Source of the DNA: an uncultured Chryseobacterium sp.
GTDB taxonomy: Bacteria > Bacteroidota > Bacteroidia > Flavobacteriales_F > PHOS-HE28
Assembly: GCA_964476665.1 (NCBI GenBank)
Contig: CAYZBO010000002.1
Span: forward strand, 285-64,284
Direction: 5' to 3'
DNA: 64,000 bases
A model generated the notes under the pieces. That model did not search any database. It was not told the origin of the DNA and was given only the letters and a program-made list of their open reading frames with translations. Shown here piece by piece: positions 16,489 to 25,545 of this stretch. Both the position numbers and the translations under genes were made by a program. Within the stretch, counting starts at the first letter, position 1, and each line of letters starts with the position of its first letter.

Positions 16489-19347
16489 ATGTCCGAGCCT
16501 GTTCAGAACTCCGTGCAGCAGGAGGATAAGCGCCTCTTCCTGCTCGACGCCTACGCCCTCATCTACCGCGCATACTTCAGCTTCATCCGCGCTCCCCGGG
16601 TGAACAGCAAGGGGTTCAATACGAGTGCGGCCTTCGGCTTCACCACCACGCTCCTCGACCTCATCAAACGCGAGCGACCGACCCACATCGCCGTGGTCTT
16701 CGATACGGCCGCGCCTACTGAGCGCCATGAGACCCTGCTGGACTACAAGGCCAACCGCGAGGAAATGCCTGATGACATCCGCAGCAACGTGCCCTACATC
16801 CGACGCATCATCGAGGCGCTGCGCATCCCTGTGCTCGAAAGCGACGGCTACGAGGCCGACGACGTGATCGGGACGTTGGCGAAGAAGGCCGAGGCCGAGG
16901 GTTACACCACCTACATGGTGACACCTGATAAGGATTTCGGGCAGTTGGTCACGGACAAGATCATCATGTATAAGCCCGGCCGAGGCGGCGACCCCCCCGA
17001 GAAGCTCGGTCCCAAGGAGATCTGTGAGCGCTGGGGCTTGGAGCGCACCGAGCAGGTGAAGGACATCCTCGGCCTCATGGGCGATGCGGTGGACAACATT
17101 CCCGGCATTCCGGGCATTGGGGAGAAGACCGCCATCAAGCTCGTGCAACAGTTCGGCAGTCTGGAGGGGGTGCTGGACAACGCGGACAAGCTGAAAGGCA
17201 AGCAACAGGAGAACGTGATCGCCTTCGCCGAGCAGGGCCGCCTGAGCAAGCAGCTCGCCACCATCATTGTGGATGCGCCGGTGGAGCTGGACCACGATGC
17301 GCTGCACCTGGACCCGCCCGACAAGGACAAGGTGCTGGAGGTCTTCAGCGAGTTGGAGTTCAAGACCCTGGCCAACCGGGTGCTCGGCGGTGATGTGAAC
17401 GGCACGACCGAGGAAACCAAGGCCGGCAAGCGCGCCAAGGCCGCACCGGCCAACCCCGGCCAGGTGGACCTCTTCGGCAGCAGCGTCGATGAGGAAGGCC
17501 ACGTGGCCCTCACCGAGCTGGCCACCATCGATACCGTGCCACACCGCTACTTCCTGGCCCGGACCAACGAAGACCTGTACATGCTGGCGGCCCAGCTCAA
17601 GAAGCAGCCGCGTTTCTGCTTCGACACCGAGACCACCGGCACCGACGAGCGCACGGCCGAACTGGTGGGTCTTTCCTTCAGTTGGAAGGCACACGAAGGC
17701 CACTATGTGCCTGTGCCCGAGGACCGCGCCGAGGCCCAGCGCATCGTGGACATCTTCAAGCCCATCCTGGAGAAGGAGGCCATCGGCAAGGTGGCACAGA
17801 ACGCCAAGTTCGACATCCGTGTACTGGCCCGGTACGGCGTCGAGGTGAAGGGCCCGCTCTTCGACACCATGGTGGCGCACTTCCTGCTGAAGCCCGATGT
17901 GCAGAAGCACGGCATGGACTTCCTCAGTGAGACCTACCTCGGTTACCGGCCGGTGAGCATTACCACGCTCATCGGGGAGAAGGGCCGCGGCAAAGTGCAG
18001 AAGAGCATGCGCGACGTGGACGTGGAGCTCGTGAAGGAGTATGCGGCAGAGGATGCCGACATCACCTGGCAGCTGGCCGGAAAGCTGGAGCCGCTGCTGG
18101 CCGAGGACGAGGTGACCGGCCTGTTCAACGACGTGGAGATGCCGCTGGTGCATGTGCTCGCCGATATGGAAACGGAGGGCATCCGCATCGACATCCCGGC
18201 CCTCAAGCAGTTCAGCGAGGAGCTGGGGACCGAACTGGTGCGCCTGCAGGACGCCATCCACAAGGCCTGTGGTGTGAGCTTCAACATCGACAGTCCGAAG
18301 CAGCTTGGCGACGTGCTCTTCGAGACCCTGAAGCTCGGCGGCGACAAGGTCAAGAAGACTGCCAAGACCGGGCAATATCAGACCAGCGAGGATATCCTGC
18401 AGGAGCTGAGCAACGCGCACCCCGTGATCCCTCTCATACTGGATTACCGCAGCCTGCGAAAGTTGAAGGGCACCTACGTGGACACCCTGCCCGAGGCGGC
18501 GGATCCCGTGACCCATCGCGTGCACACCAGCTACCTGCAGACGGTGGCCGCCACTGGCCGCCTGGCCAGCAACGAGCCCAATCTGCAGAACATCCCCATC
18601 CGAACCGAGAAGGGGCGCGAGATCCGCAAGGCCTTCGTCCCACGCAGCGAAGAGTACCAGCTCCTCAGCGCCGACTACAGCCAGATCGAGCTGCGCATCA
18701 TCGCGCACATGAGCGGGGACCACAACATGCAGGAGGCGTTCCGGCAGGGACTGGACATCCACGCGGCCACGGCGGCCAAGGTGTTCAACGTGGACATCGC
18801 CGAGGTGACGCGCGAGCAGCGCAGCCGTGCCAAGGCCGTGAACTTCGGCATCGCTTATGGGCAGGGTGCCTTTGGTCTGGCGCAGAACCTGGGCATCCCC
18901 CGCGGCGAGGCCAGGCAGATCATCGACGACTACTTCGCCCAGTTCCCCGGGGTGCGCAGTTATATGGATGAGATGATCGGCTTCTGCCGCTCCCACGGCT
19001 ACGTCAAGACCCTGCTGGGCCGTAGGCGCTATCTGCCCGACATCACCAGTGCCAACAACACCGTGCGCGCCCAGGCCGAGCGGATCGCCATCAATGCCCC
19101 CATGCAGGGTTCGGCGGCGGATATCATCAAGGTGGCCATGGTGGGCATTCACCGTGACCTGCGGTCGAACGGGTTGAAGAGCAAGCTCCTATTGCAGGTC
19201 CATGACGAACTGGTGCTCGATGTGAACCTTGCCGAGGCGGATGCCGTTAAAGCCATCGTCAAAGACCGCATGGAACATGCCATCACCCTCGACGTGCCCC
19301 TCGTTGTTGACATGGACATGGGGAAAAACTGGCTTGAAGCGCACTGA
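16489..19347 (+). CDS. polA: DNA polymerase I
   Basis: 952 aa. It has the 5'-3' exonuclease N-terminus (LFLLDAYALIYRAYF), a 3'-5' exo domain, and polymerase motifs (DYSQIELRI, RSRAKAVNFGIAYG, QVHDELV). Confidence 0.97.
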   Translation: MSEPVQNSVQQEDKRLFLLDAYALIYRAYFSFIRAPRVNSKGFNTSAAFGFTTTLLDLIKRERPTHIAVVFDTAAPTERHETLLDYKANREEMPDDIRSNVPYIRRIIEALRIPVLESDGYEADDVIGTLAKKAEAEGYTTYMVTPDKDFGQLVTDKIIMYKPGRGGDPPEKLGPKEICERWGLERTEQVKDILGLMGDAVDNIPGIPGIGEKTAIKLVQQFGSLEGVLDNADKLKGKQQENVIAFAEQGRLSKQLATIIVDAPVELDHDALHLDPPDKDKVLEVFSELEFKTLANRVLGGDVNGTTEETKAGKRAKAAPANPGQVDLFGSSVDEEGHVALTELATIDTVPHRYFLARTNEDLYMLAAQLKKQPRFCFDTETTGTDERTAELVGLSFSWKAHEGHYVPVPEDRAEAQRIVDIFKPILEKEAIGKVAQNAKFDIRVLARYGVEVKGPLFDTMVAHFLLKPDVQKHGMDFLSETYLGYRPVSITTLIGEKGRGKVQKSMRDVDVELVKEYAAEDADITWQLAGKLEPLLAEDEVTGLFNDVEMPLVHVLADMETEGIRIDIPALKQFSEELGTELVRLQDAIHKACGVSFNIDSPKQLGDVLFETLKLGGDKVKKTAKTGQYQTSEDILQELSNAHPVIPLILDYRSLRKLKGTYVDTLPEAADPVTHRVHTSYLQTVAATGRLASNEPNLQNIPIRTEKGREIRKAFVPRSEEYQLLSADYSQIELRIIAHMSGDHNMQEAFRQGLDIHAATAAKVFNVDIAEVTREQRSRAKAVNFGIAYGQGAFGLAQNLGIPRGEARQIIDDYFAQFPGVRSYMDEMIGFCRSHGYVKTLLGRRRYLPDITSANNTVRAQAERIAINAPMQGSAADIIKVAMVGIHRDLRSNGLKSKLLLQVHDELVLDVNLAEADAVKAIVKDRMEHAITLDVPLVVDMDMGKNWLEAH

Positions 19348-19408
19348 TGTGCCGGACCGGTTCGGTGACCTTTACCGTCCGTATGCTCTCCCTCAACCGC
19401 AACTACCG

Positions 19409-20296
19409 ATGCGCATGAACTACTGGCCCCTTGTGGTCGTCACGCTGCTGCTCTCCGCTTGTGGTGGGGATGCCCCTCCAAAAGAGGACCTCAACGTGCC
19501 CAGCCCGGCCGACAGTGCTCTGCAGGCGGATCGATCGACCCGCACCCGCAACATCTTCTACAACATCCCATCGCCCATGGAGACCGCCGCCCTGCTTCAG
19601 AAGGCGGGAGCGCAGTACAATGGCCGATTGTTGAACGATGTGAAGAAGGTGGACACCTATACGTCTGCCAGCGAACAGGCACTGAACCTCGGTGTCTATG
19701 GCGCCGACCTGAGCTATGCCAGCGTGTTCAACCACACGCAGGAGAGCATGTTCTACACCAGCTGCACCAAGAAGCTCGCCGAGCGCCTGGGTGTCCTCAC
19801 CGCCTTCAACGACAGTACCCTCGAGCTCATGGAGAAGAACATGGGCGATCGTGATGCATTGCTGGATGTGATCAGCGAGACCTACTGGAACGTGGATGCC
19901 TACCTGAAGGAGAACGGCCGCGAGAACATCAGTGCGCTGATGGTCGCAGGCGGATGGGTGGAGGGCTTGTACATCGCCACGCAGGTGTCAGCCACCAATG
20001 ATAGTAAGGAACTCCGCCAGCGCATTGCGGAACAGAAGCTGTCCCTTGGCGATCTGCTCGCGCTGGTCAACAGCTATGAGATGGAGGATCCCGCCCTGGA
20101 TGGCGTTCGTAAGGACCTTGCGGCCATCCAGGCACTCTATGAGAACGTCAAGGCCGGTGGAGCTTCCACCTCCGTTACGGAGGAGAACGGCGTTGCCCTG
20201 ATCGGTGGCGATGCACCGGCGGCAACCCTTACAGACGAACAATTGAAGGCGATCCGGGACAAGGTCGCCGAGGTCCGTAACGCATACATCAACTGA
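19409..20296 (+). CDS. Lipoprotein of unknown function
   Basis: ATG at 19409 (MRMNYWPLVVVTLLLSACGG lipobox) within track ORF 19229-20296. It appears mostly helical. I recognise no motif. Confidence 0.6.
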   Translation: MRMNYWPLVVVTLLLSACGGDAPPKEDLNVPSPADSALQADRSTRTRNIFYNIPSPMETAALLQKAGAQYNGRLLNDVKKVDTYTSASEQALNLGVYGADLSYASVFNHTQESMFYTSCTKKLAERLGVLTAFNDSTLELMEKNMGDRDALLDVISETYWNVDAYLKENGRENISALMVAGGWVEGLYIATQVSATNDSKELRQRIAEQKLSLGDLLALVNSYEMEDPALDGVRKDLAAIQALYENVKAGGASTSVTEENGVALIGGDAPAATLTDEQLKAIRDKVAEVRNAYIN

Positions 20297-20303
20297 TCCC
20301 GCC

Positions 20304-20744
20304 ATGCTCGTTCGTCGCACATTGATACTAGCGGCCCTGGCCATCGGGGGCATGCTGATCTCCGGTACGGCCGATGCGCAGTGCAGGAGCTTCGCCAAGA
20401 ACCGCTGCGTCCCCGGTCTGGCGCCCTACAAGTTCAACGAATCCTTCAACTCCGCCCAGCTTTCTCCAGGTGAAGAGGCGGAGGTGAACCTGACCTTTTA
20501 CAGTGGCCAGGACTATCGTGTCATGGTCTGCGCCCATCCGATCCTGGGTGAGGTCAACTGGAAACTGGTCGATTCCAACAACAAGATCGTGTTCGAGAGC
20601 CTGGCCGATGAGCCCAAACCTCATTTCGACCTGAAGGTGGCCAGCACATTGCAGATGAAGCTCGTGGTATGGGTGCCTGAACAACCGGCCGGCCAAATGG
20701 TCCATGTCGGCTGCGTCGCCATCCTCGTAGGCTTCAAGGAGTGA
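20304..20744 (+). CDS. Small secreted protein of unknown function
   Basis: 146 aa with signal peptide ...ISGTADA|QC. It starts 7 nt after the preceding lipoprotein gene and is followed by a clean terminator. Confidence 0.6.
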   Translation: MLVRRTLILAALAIGGMLISGTADAQCRSFAKNRCVPGLAPYKFNESFNSAQLSPGEEAEVNLTFYSGQDYRVMVCAHPILGEVNWKLVDSNNKIVFESLADEPKPHFDLKVASTLQMKLVVWVPEQPAGQMVHVGCVAILVGFKE

Positions 20745-20767
20745 CCCTGCACATCCTCAACGCATGT

Positions 20768-20799
20768 TCGGGCCCGGCACTACCGGGCCTGAATTTTTG
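20768..20799 (+). terminator. Rho-independent terminator
   Basis: The stem is TCGGGCCCGG / CCGGGCCTGA with loop CACTA, followed by ATTTTTGTT. It lies 24 nt after the stop at 20744. Confidence 0.6.
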
Positions 20800-20984
20800 T
20801 TGGCCGTCCGCGGTCCATGCGACAGGGGTCCGACATGCAGCATGCTCCTGCTTGTGCGGTGGGCATGCGCTCCCTCCAGGGGCGTCCGACCGGTCGGTCT
20901 GATGACCATCTTGTTCCGAACACTTCATCGGCCGCTTGACCGGAAAGGCCCACGTCGGAACCATCCACCGCTGCGAAGGACAGG

Positions 20985-21025
20985 TGCCCAAAGGAACGGG
21001 GCCGCCCCGCCATGGGACGGCCCCG
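20985..21025 (-). terminator. Candidate terminator hairpin for the M43 protease gene
   Basis: The inverted repeat is CGGGGCCG (20997-21004) / CGGCCCCG (21018-21025). On the minus strand it is followed by TTCCTTTGGG. The loop is 13 nt, so confidence is modest. Confidence 0.4.
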
Positions 21026-21044
21026 CTCCATGAACCCCAATGGG

Positions 21045-23129
21045 TCACTCCACCACGAAACGGCGCACTTCCTGTGCACCATCGCGCTGCAGCCGCAGGA
21101 AATAGACGCCGGAGCCCAGCTCGTCCAGTGCCACCTCGATGCGCTGTCCGCCGGGAGGAAGGTTGCTGTTGAGTACGGACCGGATGCTACGGCCGGTCAC
21201 GTCAAGCAGGTCCAGGCGGGTGCTCGCGGACCGTTCATTCGTGAAACGCACGGCGATCCGATCGGTCGCGGGGTTCGGCGATACCATGAGACCATCCTGA
21301 GCGCCCAGTACCACTTCGTCCAGTCCAGTGGGGATACCGTTCAGGTTGATGTCATCGATGTACACATTGTTGCCTCCATCGCTCTCGAACTCGAACTTGA
21401 AGCGGAAGTCGCTCACGTGATAGGTGCTGGCGATGGCGGAGGACTGGGAGGAGTTCCACTGCGCCGAAGTGGGCACGAAACTGCCGGAGGTGTTGGGGGC
21501 GGTGGCCAGATCAATGGTTCCGCGCAGGTTGCGCCGGATGGACCATGTCTGCCCACAGTTGTTGGAGACCAGCAGGCGGAGCCGGTCATCATTGTTCGCG
21601 TTGCGGCGGGCGAACGCATACTTGAAGGTGATCACGATGCTCGTGGCATCGCTCATGTCATAGGTGCTGGAAACCAGTTCATCCACGCGACCGGCCATGG
21701 CGGAAGAGTTGATGATGCGGGCGCTCTTGGAGCCGGAAAAGGCCGCCACATCGGTCAGCTGAAAGGTGTTGTCGTTATTGATATTGACCACCGCCCAGTC
21801 ATTCGCGGGCAGGGCCCCGATCTGTTCAAAGCCTTCCTCAAGGGGGCCCTCCATGCCTGGGTCGGGCAGCACGGTTATGTAGCTGACCGCCTCGTTGGTC
21901 AGGGTGGTGCTGCCATCGGAAACGGTCAGGACCACAGGATACACACCGGGCTCCGTATAGGTCACCTGAAGTTCGGCCGCTGTGCCACTGGCAGGATCGC
22001 CACCAGGGAACGACCACGAGCGTTCGCTCACCGTGTTGTAGCTCTCATCCGTGAAGGTGACCGTATTGCCGGCGCAGATGGTGCGTGTGCTGCTGGTGAA
22101 GGTGGCGGCACAGAGCTGGGGTGTGTCGTTCACCCCGGTGAAGGTGAGGTTGGAAGCCTGCCACAATTGGTTCCGTTGGGCGGTGCTCGAGTTGAGCGCA
22201 GCGATCATGCGGGATGCCTGACCTTCGGTGAACATTTTCGAGCAGTAGGAGTACTCCATGAAGTTCTCCACGTTGTCCAGCGAACCACAGGAGCTGCCAT
22301 TCACATTGCAGGTGGTCCAGCCGATCGTGTTCGGGGTGTCGCTCACGCCATCGTCCCCATTGCAATTGGAGCTCAGCCCCGGTTCGTTGCTGTTGCCCCA
22401 CGTATGGGCCAGGTTCAGCCAGTGGCCGACCTCGTGCGTGAGCGCACGTGAACGACCCGGACTGCTGGTATTGATGCTGCCTGTGTAAGTGTGCTGTAGA
22501 ACGATGCCATCCCCCGCGGGGAAACTGGCCACCGCATTCGGTCGGAACGTGTAACCGGCAGCGCCATCGGCGGAGGCCGCCACCCAAACGTTCAGGTAGC
22601 GATTGCGCGGCCATTGGATGAGGTCCTTCATGCTCTGGTCGCCTGCGTTGGTCAGGGCGGAGACCGTCCGCGTGATGCCCTTGGTGCAGTTGCCCTGTGG
22701 ATCTTTCTGGGCAAGACGGAACTCGATGCTCACGTCCCCAACGATGTCCACGAAGGCCGGGTTCACGTTGTCCCAATCGGCGTTCTCCTTGTTGAAGTCC
22801 TCGTTGAGGATGCGCACGGCATCGAAGATCTGCTCATCGGCGATGTTCTCCGGGCCGTTGTTGTGGATGATGTGGAACACCACGGGGATGATGTAGGTGC
22901 TTCCACCACCGCGCTCTGCCGAAGCCTCGAACGCCCGCGTGAACGCCTCCAGTTCAGCGTCGGCAGCCTCTATCTCGGCGAGCAAGGCCGGGTCGTTCGC
23001 ACGTTCTCCGAACAATCGATGAAGTTCGTTCGCGCCGCAGGGTTCATGCGCGGTGAATTGGGCATGAGCGGGCAGGGCCATCGATGCGAGGGCACCGCTC
23101 AATAAAAAGATTCCGAGGGTCTTGTACAT
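21045..23129 (-). CDS. Secreted M43 (cytophagalysin/pappalysin-like) zinc metalloprotease with PKD-like and jelly-roll domains and a T9SS C-terminal domain
   Basis: ATG at 23129 (MYKTLGIFLLSGALASMALPAHA|QF). The zinc site is HEVGHWLNLAHTWG (HExxHxxxxxH). A PKD-like segment contains ICAGNTVTFTDES...WSFPGG. The tail ...LDLLDVTGRSI...GVYFLRLQRDG...RRFVVE is typical of T9SS type-A CTDs. Confidence 0.9.
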   Translation of the reverse strand: MYKTLGIFLLSGALASMALPAHAQFTAHEPCGANELHRLFGERANDPALLAEIEAADAELEAFTRAFEASAERGGGSTYIIPVVFHIIHNNGPENIADEQIFDAVRILNEDFNKENADWDNVNPAFVDIVGDVSIEFRLAQKDPQGNCTKGITRTVSALTNAGDQSMKDLIQWPRNRYLNVWVAASADGAAGYTFRPNAVASFPAGDGIVLQHTYTGSINTSSPGRSRALTHEVGHWLNLAHTWGNSNEPGLSSNCNGDDGVSDTPNTIGWTTCNVNGSSCGSLDNVENFMEYSYCSKMFTEGQASRMIAALNSSTAQRNQLWQASNLTFTGVNDTPQLCAATFTSSTRTICAGNTVTFTDESYNTVSERSWSFPGGDPASGTAAELQVTYTEPGVYPVVLTVSDGSTTLTNEAVSYITVLPDPGMEGPLEEGFEQIGALPANDWAVVNINNDNTFQLTDVAAFSGSKSARIINSSAMAGRVDELVSSTYDMSDATSIVITFKYAFARRNANNDDRLRLLVSNNCGQTWSIRRNLRGTIDLATAPNTSGSFVPTSAQWNSSQSSAIASTYHVSDFRFKFEFESDGGNNVYIDDINLNGIPTGLDEVVLGAQDGLMVSPNPATDRIAVRFTNERSASTRLDLLDVTGRSIRSVLNSNLPPGGQRIEVALDELGSGVYFLRLQRDGAQEVRRFVVE

Positions 23130-23304
23130 GGATCGGGAGTGCAGGTCTTCAGCACGCAAGTTAGTTCGGAGGCGGGGCGGCACCGGACCAACGGTTCGCC
23201 ATCTTTCATCGGCTACCTGGTCCGGTCAAGTGCCTGAGGGCCCGCATTTCTTGTGCCACTTGGATAAAGGTACGGGCAGAGCCGGTCTGGGGGGCGATGA
23301 ATGC

Positions 23305-23344
23305 GGCAAAATGGCAGAGCAATGACAGTCTTCGAGCGCTGTCA
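23305..23344 (-). terminator. Weak candidate terminator for the second M43 gene
   Basis: The stem is TGACAG (23323-23328) / CTGTCA (23339-23344). On the minus strand it is followed by TTGCTCTGCCATTTTGCC. Confidence 0.35.
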
Positions 23345-23369
23345 CCCTTGGAACCCTGATGGTCAATGG

Positions 23370-25466
23370 TCACTGAGCTTCATCGCCTGAACCTCCTTCC
23401 ACCAAAAGCCGCAGCACCGTCCGCCGCGCGGGAGCGCTAACCTGTACCAAGTGCATGCCGGAGCTCAGACCGGCCAGAGGAATGCGGATGTCCGTGGCGG
23501 AACGACCTGTGGCACCGAGGTCCAACACCCGTCGTCCCAACGCGTCCAGGACCTCCACCTGGACCGCACCCTGCCATCCATCGTCCAGGCGTATCACCGC
23601 CTCTTCACGGGCGGGGTTCGGGAAGATGTAGGCTCCGGCGGTGCTCTCCATGCTGGTGATGCCGGTGATGAGGGGTTCGCCATTGATGTTGATATCATCA
23701 AGGTACAGGAAGTTGCCTCCTCCTCCCGTGAATTCGAACTTCAGGCGCAGGTTGCTCACGAAGTTGCTCGGGCCGAAGTTGAATACTTCGGTGTAACCCC
23801 AATCTTCCGGACCGACCGGGAGGAAGGTGCCGCCCTGGTCCGGTGCGGTGGGCAGGTCGTTGTTGGCACGGAGCGTCTTGCGCGGCGACCATGTGATGCC
23901 ACAATTATTGCTGGTGTACAGGCGCAGCACATCCTCATTCCACGACTGGCGGCGCGCGAACGCATGGCGGAAGCTGATGGTCATGGAGGAGAGCCCGCTG
24001 GCATCAAAGACATTGCTGATGAGCGCATCCACATGGCCGTTGGTGCCGGCTGTGTTGTTCAGCCGGACGGAAGTGCCACCTGTGTAGGATGCGGCCGAGG
24101 TCAGAACGAAGCTGCCGTTACCTTCCGCATCCTCCACCCACCATTCCGGACCGCTCAGGCTGCTGGTGGTTTCGAAGCTTTCGCTCACAGGCCACGCGAT
24201 ACCCGTGTCCGGGAGAACGGTGACGAACGACTCCTCCAGCACATTGAGCAGGTTGACCCCATCGGTGACGCTGAGCTCCACCGGCCAGATGCCGGCCTCA
24301 GGGTAGAATACGGTGACTGTCGCCTCATTGCTGGTGGCTGGCACGCCCCCAGGGAAACTCCAGGTGCGCTCGGTCACGGCACTGTAGCTGGCATCCGAGT
24401 AAGTGATGCTGGTTCCGGCGCAGATCTCACGGTCGGAGGCGATGAACTCCACCGCACACAGCTGCGGTGCATCGAGCACACCGGTCTGTACCAGGTTGTT
24501 GTCCTGCCAAAGGGAGCTTCGCTGTGCGATGCTGGAGGTGAGGGCCGCGATCATGCGCGTGCCCTGTCCCACCGTGAACATCTTGGCGCAGTAGGAGTAC
24601 TCCATGTAATTCTCCACGTTGTCCAGAGGGGAGCCGCAGCTCGATCCGTTCAGGTTGCAGGAGGTCCACCCCACGGTAAGGGGGGTGTCCTCCACTCCGT
24701 CATCCATGGAGCAGTTCTCCTCCACTCCAGGCTCATTGCTGTTGCCCCAGCAATGTGGAAGGTTGAGCCAGTGCCCCACCTCATGCGTGAGTACACGGGA
24801 GCGGCCGATGCTGCTGGTCCCGATGCTCCCCACATAATCGTGTTTCACAACGATCCCATCACGCTGCGGCTGGTTGTTCAGCACCCAGGGATAGTTGGTG
24901 TAGCCGGCAGCACCGTTGGCTGACGCACCCACCCAGATGTTCATATAGCGGTTGCGCGGCCACTGGATCAGGCCGGCCATGTTGTAGTCGCCCTCATAGG
25001 TCAGGTCTGATACGGTGCGGGTGATGCCGTTGGTGCAGTTGCCCTGCGGGTCCAATTGAGCCAGTCGGAACTCGATCCCCACGTCGGCGACCAGGTCCAG
25101 AAAAGCGGGGCGAACGTTCTGCCAGTCGCTGTTGAGCTTGTTGAAATCGTTGTTCAGGATACGGACAGCATCGTAGACCTGTTCATTACTGATGTTCTCC
25201 GGGCCGTTGTTGTGAATGATGTGGAAGACCACCGGAACGATGTACGCATCACCGTCCCTTTCTGGGCCTCCCGTGCGTGCGCGCTGTTCCAGTTCATCCC
25301 GAAGCAGCAGGGAAAGTTCCCATGCCGCAGGGTCGGCCTCTCTCCACTGCTCCATTTCCACCGGATCATGCGCCCGGCAGGTGAAGCCCTCTGCCGGATG
25401 GATGGTGGATTGTGCGACAAGGCCGGCGGACAGCAGGAAGGCTGAAGGGAAAAGGAGCTGCTTCAT
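23370..25466 (-). CDS. Secreted M43 zinc metalloprotease, tandem paralog of 21045-23129, with the same PKD-like, jelly-roll and T9SS CTD architecture
   Basis: ATG at 25466 (MKQLLFPSAFLLSAGLVA|QS). The zinc site is HEVGHWLNLPHCWG. It aligns collinearly by eye with the neighbour (VVFHIIHNNGPENI, IEFRLAQ.DPQGNCT.GITRT, LDNVEN.MEYSYC). The tail is VQVEVLDALGRRV...GMHLVQV. Confidence 0.9.
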   Translation of the reverse strand: MKQLLFPSAFLLSAGLVAQSTIHPAEGFTCRAHDPVEMEQWREADPAAWELSLLLRDELEQRARTGGPERDGDAYIVPVVFHIIHNNGPENISNEQVYDAVRILNNDFNKLNSDWQNVRPAFLDLVADVGIEFRLAQLDPQGNCTNGITRTVSDLTYEGDYNMAGLIQWPRNRYMNIWVGASANGAAGYTNYPWVLNNQPQRDGIVVKHDYVGSIGTSSIGRSRVLTHEVGHWLNLPHCWGNSNEPGVEENCSMDDGVEDTPLTVGWTSCNLNGSSCGSPLDNVENYMEYSYCAKMFTVGQGTRMIAALTSSIAQRSSLWQDNNLVQTGVLDAPQLCAVEFIASDREICAGTSITYSDASYSAVTERTWSFPGGVPATSNEATVTVFYPEAGIWPVELSVTDGVNLLNVLEESFVTVLPDTGIAWPVSESFETTSSLSGPEWWVEDAEGNGSFVLTSAASYTGGTSVRLNNTAGTNGHVDALISNVFDASGLSSMTISFRHAFARRQSWNEDVLRLYTSNNCGITWSPRKTLRANNDLPTAPDQGGTFLPVGPEDWGYTEVFNFGPSNFVSNLRLKFEFTGGGGNFLYLDDININGEPLITGITSMESTAGAYIFPNPAREEAVIRLDDGWQGAVQVEVLDALGRRVLDLGATGRSATDIRIPLAGLSSGMHLVQVSAPARRTVLRLLVEGGSGDEAQ

Positions 25467-25545
25467 GTGAATGGAACAGCTGCAAGATAGAAGGGTTCGG
25501 TACCCGGCGACGCTACCAATGGCCACCCTGCCTTGGAAGGCCGCC

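Noticed and set aside
16474-19152. 892-aa ORF on the minus strand covering most of polA
   Set aside because: It is antisense to an unambiguous DNA polymerase I gene. Its translation is Gly/Ala/Leu/His/Val/Asp-rich low-information sequence with no motifs. Long stop-free antisense frames are expected in GC-rich DNA.
21012-24923. Two long plus-strand ORFs (21012-22451 and 23451-24923) opposite the M43 protease genes
   Set aside because: The minus-strand frames contain HExxHxxxxxH zinc sites, signal peptides and T9SS tails. The plus-strand translations are featureless shadow ORFs.
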